Assembly: GCA_011109175.1 (NCBI GenBank)
Contig: RDEW01000010.1
Location: 665,837 to 729,836 of the forward strand
Length of the DNA stretch: 64,000 nucleotides
Direction of reading: 5' to 3'
From: Dicyema japonicum
Lineage: Eukaryota > Animalia > Dicyemida
Shown here: piece after piece, positions 25,620 to 38,599 of the stretch
Layout: each line of letters opens with the position of its first letter
Numbering within the stretch: position 1 is the stretch's first letter
Notes under the pieces: model-generated
What the model saw: only the letters and a program-made list of their open reading frames with translations
Told to the model about the DNA's origin: nothing
The model's database searches: none
Position numbers and translations under genes: made by a program

Positions 25620-25985
25620 CCTTTTTTGAGTAATATATACAAACAATACACTGAACTATGCATCTCTTACGCATGTGATAACTGGGACCCATTCAGCTAT
25701 TGGACAAAAGTCTTAAAGATCTAGGATGGCCGAAAAAAGCCTCCAAAATCACGGAACGGTGGATTTCTTGCGAGTTCCAGTCACCAATGCCTCTTGAAGC
25801 CATGATACGAATGAACCATGGAAAACTCAGTCGTGACTGCGAAGTTCAAGCCATTCGGCCGATACGTGCTTATGTGGCGTCGAGGGAGGAACATCGGGCC
25901 AAGATGAAGTCTCTGCTAGAGCGTGCTGAGATCACATGATTAGTTAGTTTGTGTAACCGTGGCCTCTGGTGTTATTATTATTAAC
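25620..25985 (+). repeat. Family B LINE tail
   Basis: ORF 25700-25939 ending LLERAEIT*; stem-loop and (TTA)n tail. Confidence 0.75.
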
Positions 25986-26305
25986 AAAAATTATAGATAT
26001 AATATTAATAGAGATCCAATGCCTAGCCGGCATCTAAAAGGATCTACCTTAGTGAGTAGAGGCCCAATGCCTAGATCCAACTATTCATTCCACCGTGAGA
26101 CAATTTCGCTCCCAGGCAACGAGTTCTGAAATCGACCTCAGTTCCAAGAAAAGCCTCTCTTTATCACTGTGTTAGGGTTTTACCAAAAGATGTCAGGATC
26201 AAGTAATTAGTTTGGTTTTACCCTTAGTATTTGAAATAATTTAATTAATTAATTTAATACAAAAAGACCAGAATTGAAAATTATAGAGAATATCACCAAA
26301 CGTAA

Positions 26306-26817
26306 CTAGGAGGCAGGCACTGGGTCTTCCTCACCTGACACTTCCACAATCTCATTGTCGGCAGCATCATCAAAGTTCTTTTCTAGTTCAGGGATATCGT
26401 CATCATCCACTACAAGTAATGACCTCAACAACCTGGCTCAGATGGCTTCTCAATGTTCAAATTCTTCAGAAGATCTGGGAGAATGTCTGTTATAGTCTTC
26501 ATTGTAGAAGTCCCAGTTACAGCGTAGGTACCTGTCATTTTAGAGTTGTAGTGCTTCACATTGGACAGACAGATCACAGTACCGTCAGCTTTCACAATAT
26601 CAACCTACGTGGGTAACTAAAAATACCTCATCAACTCCAGGGTACAGTATCAGACCGAACTTCTTTGTTACAGCCTGGAGTTTCTTCTCATCAACTGTGT
26701 ACCTTTGCACGATCTTCTTCTTTCTCCTAACAGTTCCCTTAGATAAAGTAAACCCAGACAAACTTTCCCTCCAATTCTGACGTTGTTTTGTAGTTGTTTT
26801 AGTCTTTCGGGGTTCAT
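26306..26817 (-). CDS. BTF3: Nascent polypeptide-associated complex beta / BTF3, 4 exons
   Basis: MNPERLKQLQNNVRIGGKGTVRRKKK, DEKKLQ, PGVDEV, TDILPDLL, DDDDIPELEKNFD; introns 26,22,23 nt. Confidence 0.93.
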
Positions 26818-27007
26818 AACAAGAAACACAAGTTACACGAGTTTATAAACCTTTAATTTAAATATAAAATATTATTTAACTTTTATGTAATTTATTATAA
26901 AACTAAGAAGTTATGTATTCTGAATTGGCTCTGTTTCATAAGTAGACATTTTATAAGTCGGATTTTATTAAATAATTTAATAAAGTTTTCCACAAGTTTT
27001 TCAAATC

Positions 27008-27180
27008 GACTGGTAAAGATCACCATTATGAAAACTCTTCTGCAGGAGAATGAAGTGATGTCCATTTGATGAAATCCACCTTTCTTCTGAAGCGGATGCC
27101 TGTAATGGACTATTGGAGAATGGATTTGGTCGACACAAGCAGACTTTCTCCCTTGGGTTCCTTCCTTGGATTAATTAGTC
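27008..27180 (+). repeat. Family A copy
   Basis: Matches 960-1160 with an internal deletion. Confidence 0.75.
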
Positions 27181-27209
27181 GATTTCTCATCTATTATAAA
27201 ATATTTTAT

Positions 27210-27400
27210 CTTACCAACATCATCGGGAGTCTGTAAAGCCATTATCCGTCACAGAAAGCGCAGAGACGACTAGAAAGAAGAAATAACAAGGGCTTCTCGA
27301 CCGGTTCACGTTCCACGCATTTGCTGTCGAGACTACTGGAAGGATAAGCAAGAAGCCTTTGTCTTTCCTCAAGACTTTTGACTACAATTAGAAGCCATGA
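27210..27400 (+). mobile_element. CRE-like 3' remnant
   Basis: AETTRKKK*QGLLDRFTFHAFAVETTG. Confidence 0.65.
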
Positions 27401-27699
27401 TGTCATAATGCGGTTTATGTGGAGAAATTTAACTGAATATGGTGGAAAATATGGTTATAGATATGGTTATTGAGTAATATATTGATGGAAGGAATCACAA
27501 GGGAATACTTTTTGTGGGAAGTACCAGACTTGAACAAATTGTAAATGTAGATAACCACTGTTTTAGCAGAACAGAAGAATGAAAAAGTTCTATTTATGTA
27601 AAAGAACAGTCAATCTATCAGGTCTTTTCTTTCTATAGCTCTATCGACTCGATGCTGGCATCATTTGCATTCAGCATGAGGCCGCTGATTAATTTTAAT

Positions 27700-28290
27700 T
27701 TATTAACCCCAGATACGCCGAGAAAGAAGTTAAGCAACTAGTTAAGTGTATCCAGTTTCCAGTTACAGAAACAGAGTCCTTCAACGTCACACAAGTCCAT
27801 ACAGAACCAGCATAAAAAGTAAAAGACGTCAATTCCTTGCATTTGTGGAAACCCCTTAGTGAAGTAGGGGAGAGCAAATGATCGTTTTTCGTGCTAGTCT
27901 GCTACTGGACGCCACCTGACTCAAGTGGATAAATGACGCTAATTTTGTAGGAAGGAGAAGAGGAGGAACGGACAAAACAAACAGAAAACTTCAACCAATT
28001 AGCCACACAGCACCACATGGCGCCACGCGGCGAAACAAGATATTGAAGCTCAATCGTCCCATATTTGCAACAGAATGATTCTCCTTTACTCAAATTTAGT
28101 ATGGGCAGGATTTGAACCAGGATCTTAATCCAACATTTCCTTTGTTCAGAACATCATGGTTTCGATGTCTCCAAATTCCAGCATCTCTTCCACGCCCAAG
28201 AGAAAAAGGGAAGACAAGGGCTTCCATACAACATGTACCTAAGTAGACATTCCGGGAATAGAGGTACGTCACTACGTCAATCAGTAGGCT
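27700..28290 (-). repeat. Family F short element or composite (GTGACGT 5' box, stem-loop 3' end)
   Basis: 27745-28040 matches 51270-51560; 28095-28280 resembles 48850-49035. Confidence 0.7.
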
Positions 28291-28729
28291 GTCGAAGCTT
28301 ATATGAGGTTTGAAATTGTTTGATTGAATGAATTTTTATTAACACAGAAATTGAGTTAGAAATGAGGGAAAGTTGAAATACTATGGGTCCTGCCTCGAAG
28401 GGCCTAGACTCCTCACTAGAATTCCGTCATCAGCCATTCATTTTTCAGTAAACTCGACAGAAGGCAAATTACAGTCATTCATAAGGAAGGTCGTTATTTT
28501 CTCCTCCCCAGTCACCCTCACTGGTCTCAATAGTTATTTCTGGTACTCATTTAACTTTGCATCAGACTACACATGAAAGCAAACCTCATAACGATCTCCT
28601 TTTGGAGTGTAAAATCATTCTTCCCATCCATATAAGAATGATTCCTTTGAAAACAAAGAAAAAAGTATTTCACGGAATTGGAGCTTTCTCATACATAATA
28701 TTTCCAGACAGAGCTCCCTCTACATCGCA

Positions 28730-28831
28730 ATTATTATTAGCACTTTCACGAGAGCCATAAAATTTATAACAAAAAAATATAATAGAAAGAGTTAGCCTGT
28801 TCCATGCTTTTCTGTTCTTAGCAAGATCCCT
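28730..28831 (-). mobile_element. Severely 5'-truncated RTE copy (~100 bp) with 13-bp TSD
   Basis: Close match to 11690-11795; cctctacatcgca at 28717-28729 and 28832-28844. Confidence 0.85.
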
Positions 28832-29494
28832 CCTCTACATCGCATGTAGTGCACAATTCAAAGGGACTTTCCTGAGATCGTTTGATTTATGGGAATATCA
28901 ATTTAAATAAAATAATTGTACTAAAATAAATCCTTGGAGTCTGTCTTTTATTTACGACAGTGGACCTTTTAGTATTATTTTATTGACAAAAATTCTTTCT
29001 ATAAATATTAAATATCATTTACAATCAAAACTCAATCAATGACGTAAAATATCCCAAATTACGTTAGCAATGACAGATTTTTATGGCAAACAATTAAATA
29101 TCATTTTGGTAACCTTTAGTGAAAATAATACCTGGGATGGAATTATCTCCAGATTTTTCAAGGGGCACCTGGATGCCATCAAGGTGGAGGAGAGGGTCAA
29201 AGCCTATATACAAACGCTAGTGTTACGGAAAACTGGATGTCCCTAACGATGATACATGAATTCGATTCCACTAAAACGGAGTCATGCGGCTTTTTGTCGC
29301 AGGTGGGATAAAAAAATTCATTTGTTATCTCTCACCCCATTGAATTAGAACAGGATGTTTTCTTTCATTAACATTAGTTCTGGATATACTTGTGTGATAT
29401 TGGAAGATCCACCTGCTTCTGCAACTGTGGGAATTGGATACAATTAACTCGGATTATTAAAAATTATTAATTTGTTATTACTTGATGTACTTTT

Positions 29495-29712
29495 TTGTGA
29501 AGATCCTCGACCCGGACCTACGCCTCTGGAGGCTCTTATGAGACTAGACTCCAGATCACGGGAAGTTGGCCCTGAAAATTCAGGCAGCCGTTCTGTACGT
29601 TCATACGCGGGCACGAAGGAAGAACAACGGGCAAAGATGAGGTCTCTGTTAGAATGCATCGGGGTCACGTGATACTTAGTTTTGTTTTACCGTGGTCTTG
29701 GGTTAAATAAAA
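29495..29712 (+). repeat. Family B LINE tail
   Basis: GPTPLEALMRLDS..LLECIGVT*; stem 29660-29700. Confidence 0.8.
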
Positions 29713-29759
29713 AAATCACTTGATGTACTGGCTATCCTTCAACATTTTATCTGTATCGG

Positions 29760-30220
29760 CATCCAAATCCAAGTTCACCCTTTTTACTATAGACAAGAAG
29801 TACAAGAGTGAACCGTTGGCTATTTAAGAGTACTTCCCTCGCAATCCAGAAGGAATAGTCATTTAGCCAGGGCTGCAGCCCCTAACTATAGTTTTTTCAT
29901 GAAAAAAAATATAATAATTTGTCCATCCAGTATTGTCGAAAGCGCGGTAGACACGCTGTATGCCGCGGAAAAAGTTATGAAGGCCAAGGGATAGAAATAC
30001 GAAATGCTGTTTGACTGATTCACGTTACAGTTTATCGTACTTGAGACAAATGGAGAAATAAGTGGGAAATTGCTTCATTCCTTCAGAAGCTGGAACGTCT
30101 AGCTACACTCAAAAGCCACAAATCACTTAAAACTCAGTGGCTCATCCAGTTGATCTCCACTGCAATCTTGAATGGTAACACAACGTCGATTAAGTTGCCT
30201 GGGAGCATTTTTGATTAATT
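29760..30220 (+). mobile_element. CRE-like 3' remnant
   Basis: LETNG, WLIQLISTAILNGN. Confidence 0.6.
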
Positions 30221-32249
30221 TTTGATTTAAGATTAATAAATTTCTAACTCAAAAAGTACTTAAAAATTACTTTTCAATATGGAAAACTATAATTTTTGAA
30301 AGATTACATGAAACATGAAATGTTATAAAATGTCGTAAGAATACTTTCGACTAGTAAATTAGGTTTACTTGATTCTTACTGCACAAATTTTGTACCAAAT
30401 CAAAGAATTTATATAATTTGACCTTAAATACTATTAAATGTTCACTCTATAATTTTTATTAACATCAAAAATAAGAGTACACTGCGTCACAGAATTAAAT
30501 TAAAATTTATAAAAAATTAATGTTTTGATAACAACGAATATAACGTCATTTTTTATGTCCAAAAATTGTTTACGTTAGTTTTTTTTGCGTCGAAAAGTCG
30601 TTTGTGATGCCATTAACAATATATAAATCTCAACACTATTACTTTAACAAATGCTCACTTGCCCCTACTGTGGAATGATTTACTACTCTCCTTACCTTTA
30701 TAAACTACACTTTACTAATCACTGCAATAAAATGCCGTACCGTTGTAATGGTGACCTGGAGGCATATCTTTGGGCAGATATTTGCATTTATTTATTAGAA
30801 TAGGGATCTTTTCGCCTACGAAAACGCTAAGAGAAATCATAAAATGTGCTTACTAAAAAATAAAATTACAAAGCTTGAAGATCAGCAAAAGGTTTGAAAC
30901 TTGTATTTCAAGCAGAAATGATGAATTATTTAGATTTGGTGCAAACCAGGTTACAAACACTATAATCTTAAAAGCTGATCTATAAGGAACCCGATTTATT
31001 GCGGCGGATACTTCGAACCCACGTGTCTTGGAAGGTATTATTTGAATTTATATTTTTGAAATTTCATAACCGGACATGATAGAATTGACTGTAGAATAAG
31101 GTTTGAAACTATTAATTTCACGAATAAAGAGATCTACGGAGATTTTATGAAATATGTGGGGATTATGATTACAAATTAAAAAAGAACTTACTAATGCTGG
31201 AAGAGGCGGCTACTAGATTGGAATAACCGGAGTAATTAGTCGAACTCACAATAACACTAAAACTTATTCCCTCATTTTTTTAACCAATCGATTTTACGAT
31301 TTATTTAAAGACGCGACTCAGCATTACAAAGTCATTAGTTGACCCTGGTCTTTTTTCATCTTCGCTAAATGTTCCTCTCGGGGTCTCACGCAATCTCTAT
31401 ATTCTCGTATTAGAGGTATTGTTTGCATGAGATAACTTAGGTGCCAGTTTACCTTACAAAGGCTTCAAAGGTGATTTGACCCATCAAGGTGCAGGAAAAC
31501 TTCCGTAGAGTTTTAATATCTGTAGACAAGAAGCTTTCGACGATTTAGAATTTAAAATTAAATTTAAAATAGAATTTTCTGTATAAAAATCCATTATAAA
31601 GTCTGCTGACCTGTACAAAAGAGACAAAAATGGCCTGACGTAATTACGATCTTTTTGTTAGAGGAAAGGAAGTCACAGGTATAGACGACAGACATGACTC
31701 CATTTCTCCTACAAATATTATCGGGAGTGCGGAAACTCATGATCCATTCCAGATAAGGCAAAGAACTCTAAATCATAGTAACTGTTATATACGAGACGTC
31801 TTGAACGTTAGGCCCAAACACTGCGCAGTTCGTAAAAACCACCTGGCGGCTTGATGAACACATCTGAATGAACCGAGAACAATGTAATTCCTCTCCCATA
31901 GCATGTCTTGCTATCATTAGGGGCAACTCTTTATTCGTTCTGAGCGTCATCGCATTTTAGTCAAACAATTTGTTTATTTGACTTATTTATTTATCCTCGG
32001 TCCCTTCTAGTGGAGGAAATCAATGACTAACAGGAAAATAACATCAAAAAGCGAACGCTCCTATTATGGCGGGTAGATTGAAAGCGGACTAGAACAAGAG
32101 AAGATGTAATCGGTTTTGTCGTCGCCGAGTAGTCAAGAAGGGCACATAGACGAATTTTATTGTCCGATTTTGTTTATACACTTATGAGGCTTGGTATGAC
32201 CATCTTGGTATTTTTGGATTGTGTTCAATGGCCATAATCGAAAATAAAA

Positions 32250-32390
32250 TTTTTTTAGCGTGACGTCATGCGGTTTACCTGTTGTTGTGGTGGCGCTCAG
32301 TGCAAGCTCTGCATGGAAGAGAACCGTTCGACTTTCCCTACCCTTCTACGACCTTCAGAAGGGTAACTTACCAAATTACTTCCGAATCAG
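32250..32390 (-). repeat. Family C tail
   Basis: Reverse complement matches 17600-17730. Confidence 0.7.
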
Positions 32391-32564
32391 ATACATAAAT
32401 CTAAAAATATTATAATTTGTGTATTCTTTTGATTTGATTTTGTTTTTTATTAATTTTTAACCAAAAAGTAACAGTTAACAACTGCTGGCTGCTCTCATAA
32501 AAGAAAACGCATTTCCTCTGACGATTTGCAAGGAAAATTTTAATAAAACCTAATATGCAATAAT

Positions 32565-32920
32565 AAAACCGCATTTTTCGCGAGAGCCATGTTACCTATA
32601 ACTCCGTTCAGACAAGACACACAATTTATTTTAGTAAAAAACACTTATGATAACTAATCGTAGAAAAGGAGACCAAGAAATGCTCTTTACTTATTTTTTT
32701 GTTGCGTGTGAGTACCTTATAGACCTGGGGTGTCAAACATACGGCCCGCGGGCCGTATGCGGACCTTGACAAGCATAAGTGTTCCTCAGAGAAATATTCA
32801 CTGATGCCGGCGTCACTCGTCAATCCAAAGCATCGTAGACGCGTGGAACCTTCAGCCAGAATGTACAGCATCGAGATTCAAACCAGAGGCGCCATCTTTT
32901 TGTCCGGTACTGTGAACCTA
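32565..32920 (-). mobile_element. tRNA-derived SINE copy 2, containing a ~50-bp hAT-end insert
   Basis: B-box GGTTTGAATCT; shared core; 3' ATGGCTCTCGCGAAAAATGC; insert CTGGGGTGTCAAACATACGGCCCGCGGGCCG at ~32725-32775. Confidence 0.78.
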
Positions 32921-32944
32921 ATGTATAAGTTATATATTTTTTGA

Positions 32945-34330
32945 ATAAATGGTCATGCATCGGCCACCCAGACTGCGTGTCGATTCCATCTCAGGATAAC
33001 TAGTGAGATTTGTTCAAATAACCACAGCGCTCACTGGGATATCCTGATCGTGTAGAAATTCGATTTCTTAGACGATTCAATAATTCCAGCGTCGCAGGTG
33101 CAAGGAAACCAGACCCAAAACTTTATTAGGAATGGCGTTAAGCCAGGCACCGCTCTCAGAAGACACTCCCGACAACAATCAGGCACGGCGATGTTGGTTA
33201 GATGACATCAGCAGATCTTCAAAAGACTTTCAACCTACAACATCGACCAGACAGCATTTGAGAGAACATGAAGGTGGGGAGACAATTGATAGGTACGATT
33301 CCAGGCCTCATGACCTCACGATCTTAGTCATTAGAGAATTAAGGGTGAGAGTTTAGAATCCTCTTGACAAGGATGTTACAGGCTATTAGCGACGAGTGAT
33401 ATGCAGGGAGAGATATGTCTAAAGAACTGCGAATTCCAAGCCTTTTAAGTCTGACCGGCAGTGTTGCCTGCTCTATTAGTATTCCTCAAACGGACGTTGA
33501 ACTGAAAATCCCGTTAATCTGTGCGATTAGTCACATTGGGTGAAATAGAGAGCAGTCTTTAAGACATATGCAAGCCTCTGTATGTTGAGGCTGCTCTTTA
33601 TGAAGAATAATGATGTATGTACGTAAAGTAGACACAAGTGGTCTAGAGTCTTTCCGAGTAACAGTCGTTTTTTCCGTATAGCTCTCTCATTTCATGCAAG
33701 GGGATCCGAGGAATATGAGGTCTTCATCGGGCATGGAAATACTTTCAGGTAGTAAATTCGCGGAATATGACACATTTTTGAATAAATAAGACTATTGAAG
33801 GCGTTCTTAATGTCTAGTTTGACAAGGACATGCCCCCGGGAATCATGTGTACTGCGGTTTAAATTTGTTCTTACTGAATGGACAGCGGCCTCGCATCTCA
33901 GCGAACACCGACGACTACTTGAGATAAGCTCAAAAATTGTGTGACGAGTGGAATAAAATGTCTGGAGGCAATCTTGGCAGTCAGTCTCCTGAAGACATAC
34001 CCGACCGCAACCGGTCGTACTCCTTAGCCCTTCTTATCGAAGTCTATCAAATTGGCGGAGAACAGGGCGTGGCGGATAACTTCGGGAAGTACTCCAGACA
34101 GAATCCGGTTTAAAAAAACGAATGTTGGTCCTTTTGCGGTAGCTAGAGACTCCTTTCCGTGACCATCTCGATCAAGTCCAATGCGGAAGGCGCAAAACTA
34201 AGTAGGCGCACCCAGTCCTGTATTGTGTTCGTCCGGAGGGCATCTTCGATCGTATTGGAAAGGGCCTCCGCTGCGACAGGGCGTACAGTCTTGGGGATCT
34301 TCACCGGGACAATCCTTGAAGAACGTCGCT
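32945..34330 (-). mobile_element. CRE-like RT remnant
   Basis: LFSANLIDFDKKG*GVRPVAVGYVFRRLTAK, CEAAVHSV, VKLDIKNAFNS. Confidence 0.85.
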
Positions 34331-34509
34331 CAGAGTAATAAATTATACTTTTTATTTGCTTTATTTATTATTGATTATACATTTCTTTATTATCTTATCA
34401 AAAACTATTTATCTGCAATTTCTTATCTATATCAATCTTTTATAGAAAATTATTAATTGCATTCAAATATTCAATATTTATCTAACACTAAAATAAATTA
34501 GCTACCATC

Positions 34510-34860
34510 TTGTTAATTCAGGATTTTCAAATTTAAAAGGCATAAATAACTGAATTGGCCGACTAGTGGAAATGAAAGAGTGAGCTCTGAATGAGACCGT
34601 TTTCTCAAAACGTTTCTTTTTAAAAAATGAGATAAAACTATTAATAAGCTCGGAATATCTGCAGCTGTTAATCACCAATTAACTTTATATGAATCTCTTT
34701 TCAGTGTCATGCGATGAGGGAGCCGATCCTGTTTAGCAGGGTTAGTTACCTGCTTCCAATGATTCCTGTCGTTTCGAATGCCACTGGTTCGAAGATGAAT
34801 TGTCCTCCAAAACATGCGTATTTTTTATCTTTAGGGTTTCAACCTTGCTAACTGTTAGTT
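34510..34860 (-). mobile_element. CRE-like 3' remnant
   Basis: QFIFEPVAFETTGIIG; same subfamily as 52960-53230. Confidence 0.7.
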
Positions 34861-34939
34861 TTTGCGTTTATTGTATATTTCCACAACATTATTGATACAA
34901 CGTTGCCTTCCAAGATATCAATAAAAATTAAATAAGGGC

Positions 34940-35290
34940 CCCATTGGGTTTCGTGGATCTTATGGTTTCTGATTGTGGCCAGACGATTCATGTTCTCGAG
35001 AAAAGACAGACTTCCTACTTATCACTCCAGTTGTCTTGACACCAATCAATTCTAGTAAATACCTATCGAGACTACGAAATAAATATAAACATTATTGCTT
35101 GAATACAGACAGACAAAACCTTATAAACAAAAAAGTAATATGACAAATCAATAATAGGCTAATCGGACGGTTTTGCAGGAAAGCGGAAGGGTGAATTTAG
35201 AGCTTTTTCAGAAAATTAGGCTCGCAATTATGAGAGGTAACTCCCATTGCTTGGTCAATGCTTGCAGACCATACCTGTCATAACAACTTT
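34940..35290 (+). mobile_element. CRE-like 3' remnant
   Basis: LFQKIRLAIMRGNSHCL. Confidence 0.6.
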
Positions 35291-35700
35291 ACTTTATGTT
35301 AATATATTTTAATAAATTGTTTTTTGGAAAAAACAATAAAATGTACTTAATAGATAAAATTAGTTGGATATTTTTTACCAATGCATAAAACGAACATCAT
35401 CATTTATCAAAGCAAATTTTATTTATTTAAAAGAAACATTCAATCGAGGGTATACAGTATCCGGCCGCTCTGACTGGGTTACTATTTTCCCTCAGGATGG
35501 CAAGCGAGATCAAAGGAAATTCACTCTTTTTATAATAACTCGCTATATAACTACGTTATTATAATATCATTCCTCCTAATTATTAACTTTTTAATTTTTG
35601 GAAAATATTTAATGATAAAATTCTCTAATTGTTAAAACTTTCAGCAGCAATAACAAAAAAAACCAGTTAACTAAACAAACGATAAACGTAAACAAATTCA

Positions 35701-36250
35701 CTATTTTTTCTTTGATCTTTTGGTTTTGCTAGGTTTATCTATTTGTACTTGACTAGATGATGGTTTTTGACGTTTTCTTATAGTTCTTTGTCTTTCGGTG
35801 ATTCTGATTGGCGTCACTACGGGAATCTATATTTTAAGCCATAGAAGAACAACCTTCTCTTCCTTTGTACCATAAAGAGCTGTGAGAATTGAATTTACTT
35901 GTTTGCTTGCTAAAAGCAAAGTTTATTTAAGTTATACTTTTCTGATCTTCTATAGTTTGCAAAATGAGGGTTTGATTCGAAGCAGAAAATATATTTTCAG
36001 TTATTGGGTCATCTGTAATTTCACAAGAACTACGTCCATAATTAGATGTGCATGAGGTTGTCTTATGAATTGCAAAGTCCATCAAATTCCGAAAGAGTTC
36101 GCCACAAACCTACAGATATATCACGATGATGTTTTTGTTTATATAAACAAGGATTTTACTTTACACTCGACGATTATATCTGCGTTTTCTTTAAGTGTTG
36201 TAATTATTGTATTTGATAAATTTTTTTTCCGACTTTTTCTCTTCAGCCAT
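35701..36250 (-). CDS. Putative spliced gene with a C2HC zinc finger (ZNF800-like N-terminal motif); 5' end unresolved
   Basis: Introns of 50, 28 and 27 nt keep one frame: LKENADIIVECKVCGELFRNLMDFAIHKTTSC ... KTKRSKKK*. Confidence 0.5.
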
Positions 36251-37261
36251 TACAGTAATATGTTTATGAATTACTTATATAAAGAACGAATATTATCGAT
36301 TATTAATGAAATCAGTATTATTCGTAATCGTTAAATTGATTGTTTGAAATGACCGCATGAATGATTTTATGGTAACCGATTTTTCGATAAATCTCGCTCT
36401 ATTAAAGTGATTTATCAGAATTTCTGTTAGAAAAAACAAGATAAACACGAGTATGTATGTACTGTTCACTAACTGTCGATCACTCAAATATTGACAGTTC
36501 AATCTAACATGATTAATTTGGATATTTGGATATTTATGAATTTTATTAAGAACAAATGTAGTAGTAGCGAAGCATTATTTGTCTGGAAAGAAACAGTAGA
36601 CATTATCTCGGAGGATGATCATTTCCAAATGTTAAAACTATCTCCTTTTACTTTTTTACCAATTATTTCAACCGCTCTAGAGATTCTGAAAGCTATTGGA
36701 AAAGACAATATTTATGGATTAAATGCCAATATTTAAAGTATTTAAAATTAATTTGATTTATGAGAGCAGCCAGCAATTATGATAACTGTAAGTTTTTGCG
36801 TTTTTCTACATTAATTATTATAAAAAATTTGATTTATTAAAGTTATAATGGAAATTAATTTCTTAAGATTAAAATTAAAATGTTTAAATAAGTAAATTTG
36901 TTTAAGAAATGTAACAAATGATGAACTCGGCTAAGAAGATATGACTATTTTTCGACAACTTAACGCTCAATATGTGTTAAAATAATAGATGCATTTTTAT
37001 AGACATATACGTGAATGCTTTTAAAAAATAAAGTTGCTTCTAATTGAACAATTCTTGTTGATCAAATATCGACTATTTTGAATAGCTGATAAAATTACAT
37101 TTCAAAAAATGAGTAAAAAGTTGTCAACGAATAGAAATGTGATTATGGCACGACTGAAGCTGTTGCATAATTTGTTACTAATTTCTTTGTTTCTACAAAT
37201 CAATATAATAAAACAGTAATTTTTTTCGTTAAAGAATTCCATTTTTATTACTTTGGATAAT

Positions 37262-37670
37262 TCCTTCTTTTTTTTCTTTTTTTTATAAATAATTTTTTTT
37301 TTTTTTAAACAAAAATTTATTAACAATAAAATATTATTTATTAACTATGGGGGAGAGCGGCTGCTGACATCACGGAGTAAGCGTTTCCGCGGATAACTGC
37401 GATACCAATTCTTTGCCTCAGCCAGACCGCTTCCTGCACGTCTTTCTTGCGGTGGGCCAATTTTCCCCCGATTTCCTTTAGGAAAGAGGCTGTAATACTT
37501 CCAGCCGCACCAGACGTCTCGATTGCTACCGGTACAAAACGGTAGCGGTCTCCAATTTCGCCATATTTTTTAATCTTGATTTTTTCGGCCAGATCGGCTG
37601 CCGATCCAGCAGACTGCGCCGAGCTGAGCATCATCGAGTTCGAGAAAGAATCCACAACAGTGCAGTCCCA
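37262..37670 (-). mobile_element. CRE-like 3' end with A-rich tail
   Basis: WDCTVVDSF..AEKIKIKKY..FVPVAIETSG..RQRIGIAVIRGNA; long T-runs on + strand at 37262-37306. Confidence 0.88.
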
Positions 37671-38599
37671 TATAAAATAATTAACTTAAATTTTATTTCG
37701 CTATGTTCTCATCAATACTAGATTTATTTAGGTATGCCAGTGGTTGATTGGTCAGAAATTTGAGAGGGTGACGTATCTATGGTACACTATCCCAAATCTC
37801 CAAAACACTTATATTTTTATTTCCTCAAAGTAAACATAACCACAACTTGTTCCCATTCTTAATGGATTCAAAAAACTTCGGTAACCGGAAGTCCAGTAAA
37901 TAAAACATCGTCGGATGCGCCAATGTTTAGATTGGAGTCATGTCTGGTCAAAATTAGATGAACTTGGCAAATCTGCTTTGATGAAAAAAAAGTAATTAGT
38001 TAATTTTCGAATGTTCTCTTAATACTAAAGGTCAAGTTTGATAATATTGATTCCATTATATGAATTGTTAATTATTCGAAATATGATATTTTCTTTTATT
38101 CCAACTAGTCTATTAGTTTGAGGTTTGAAAATTAATTTCTCGAACATTAATTTAATTACCACTTTATGGTTCTTAAATATAATCAGTCAGAAGCATTCTT
38201 GAATATTCTTATTAACAGTTCACAGATTCTATTAGCAAACAAAAAGCAAATAATTTTATTTAACAAGAGATTAGAAGTTAGAAAGTATTTTATTAAAGTT
38301 CTGTTCATAGGTTAAACAATCTGCCAGATTTCTTTTTCTCTTTTGTCAACAAACCGAGAAACCCAGAGGCAGTCCAAACGGGGGGTCTAACGACCGTTCA
38401 AGAACCGAGTAGTCATTGCAAAACTCTCAACTAGAAATATTTGAATGACTAATAGAGCAGGCATCTCAACGTTCCTTTGTTTTAAATGAGTTCTTATAAC
38501 ATTGGAAAATTGATTAAAATTAACATGAATCAACTTTATAGTATAATAAAGATCAGATTTTAATTTTTGCTTTCTTAAGTTTTAAAGTTAAATGAAATT

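Noticed and set aside
30700-31950. Possible decayed LTR or DNA transposon coding sequence
   Set aside because: No motif could be read with confidence; left unannotated.
37102-37326. Poly-Lys ORF
   Set aside because: Arises from the A-rich tail of the CRE remnant.
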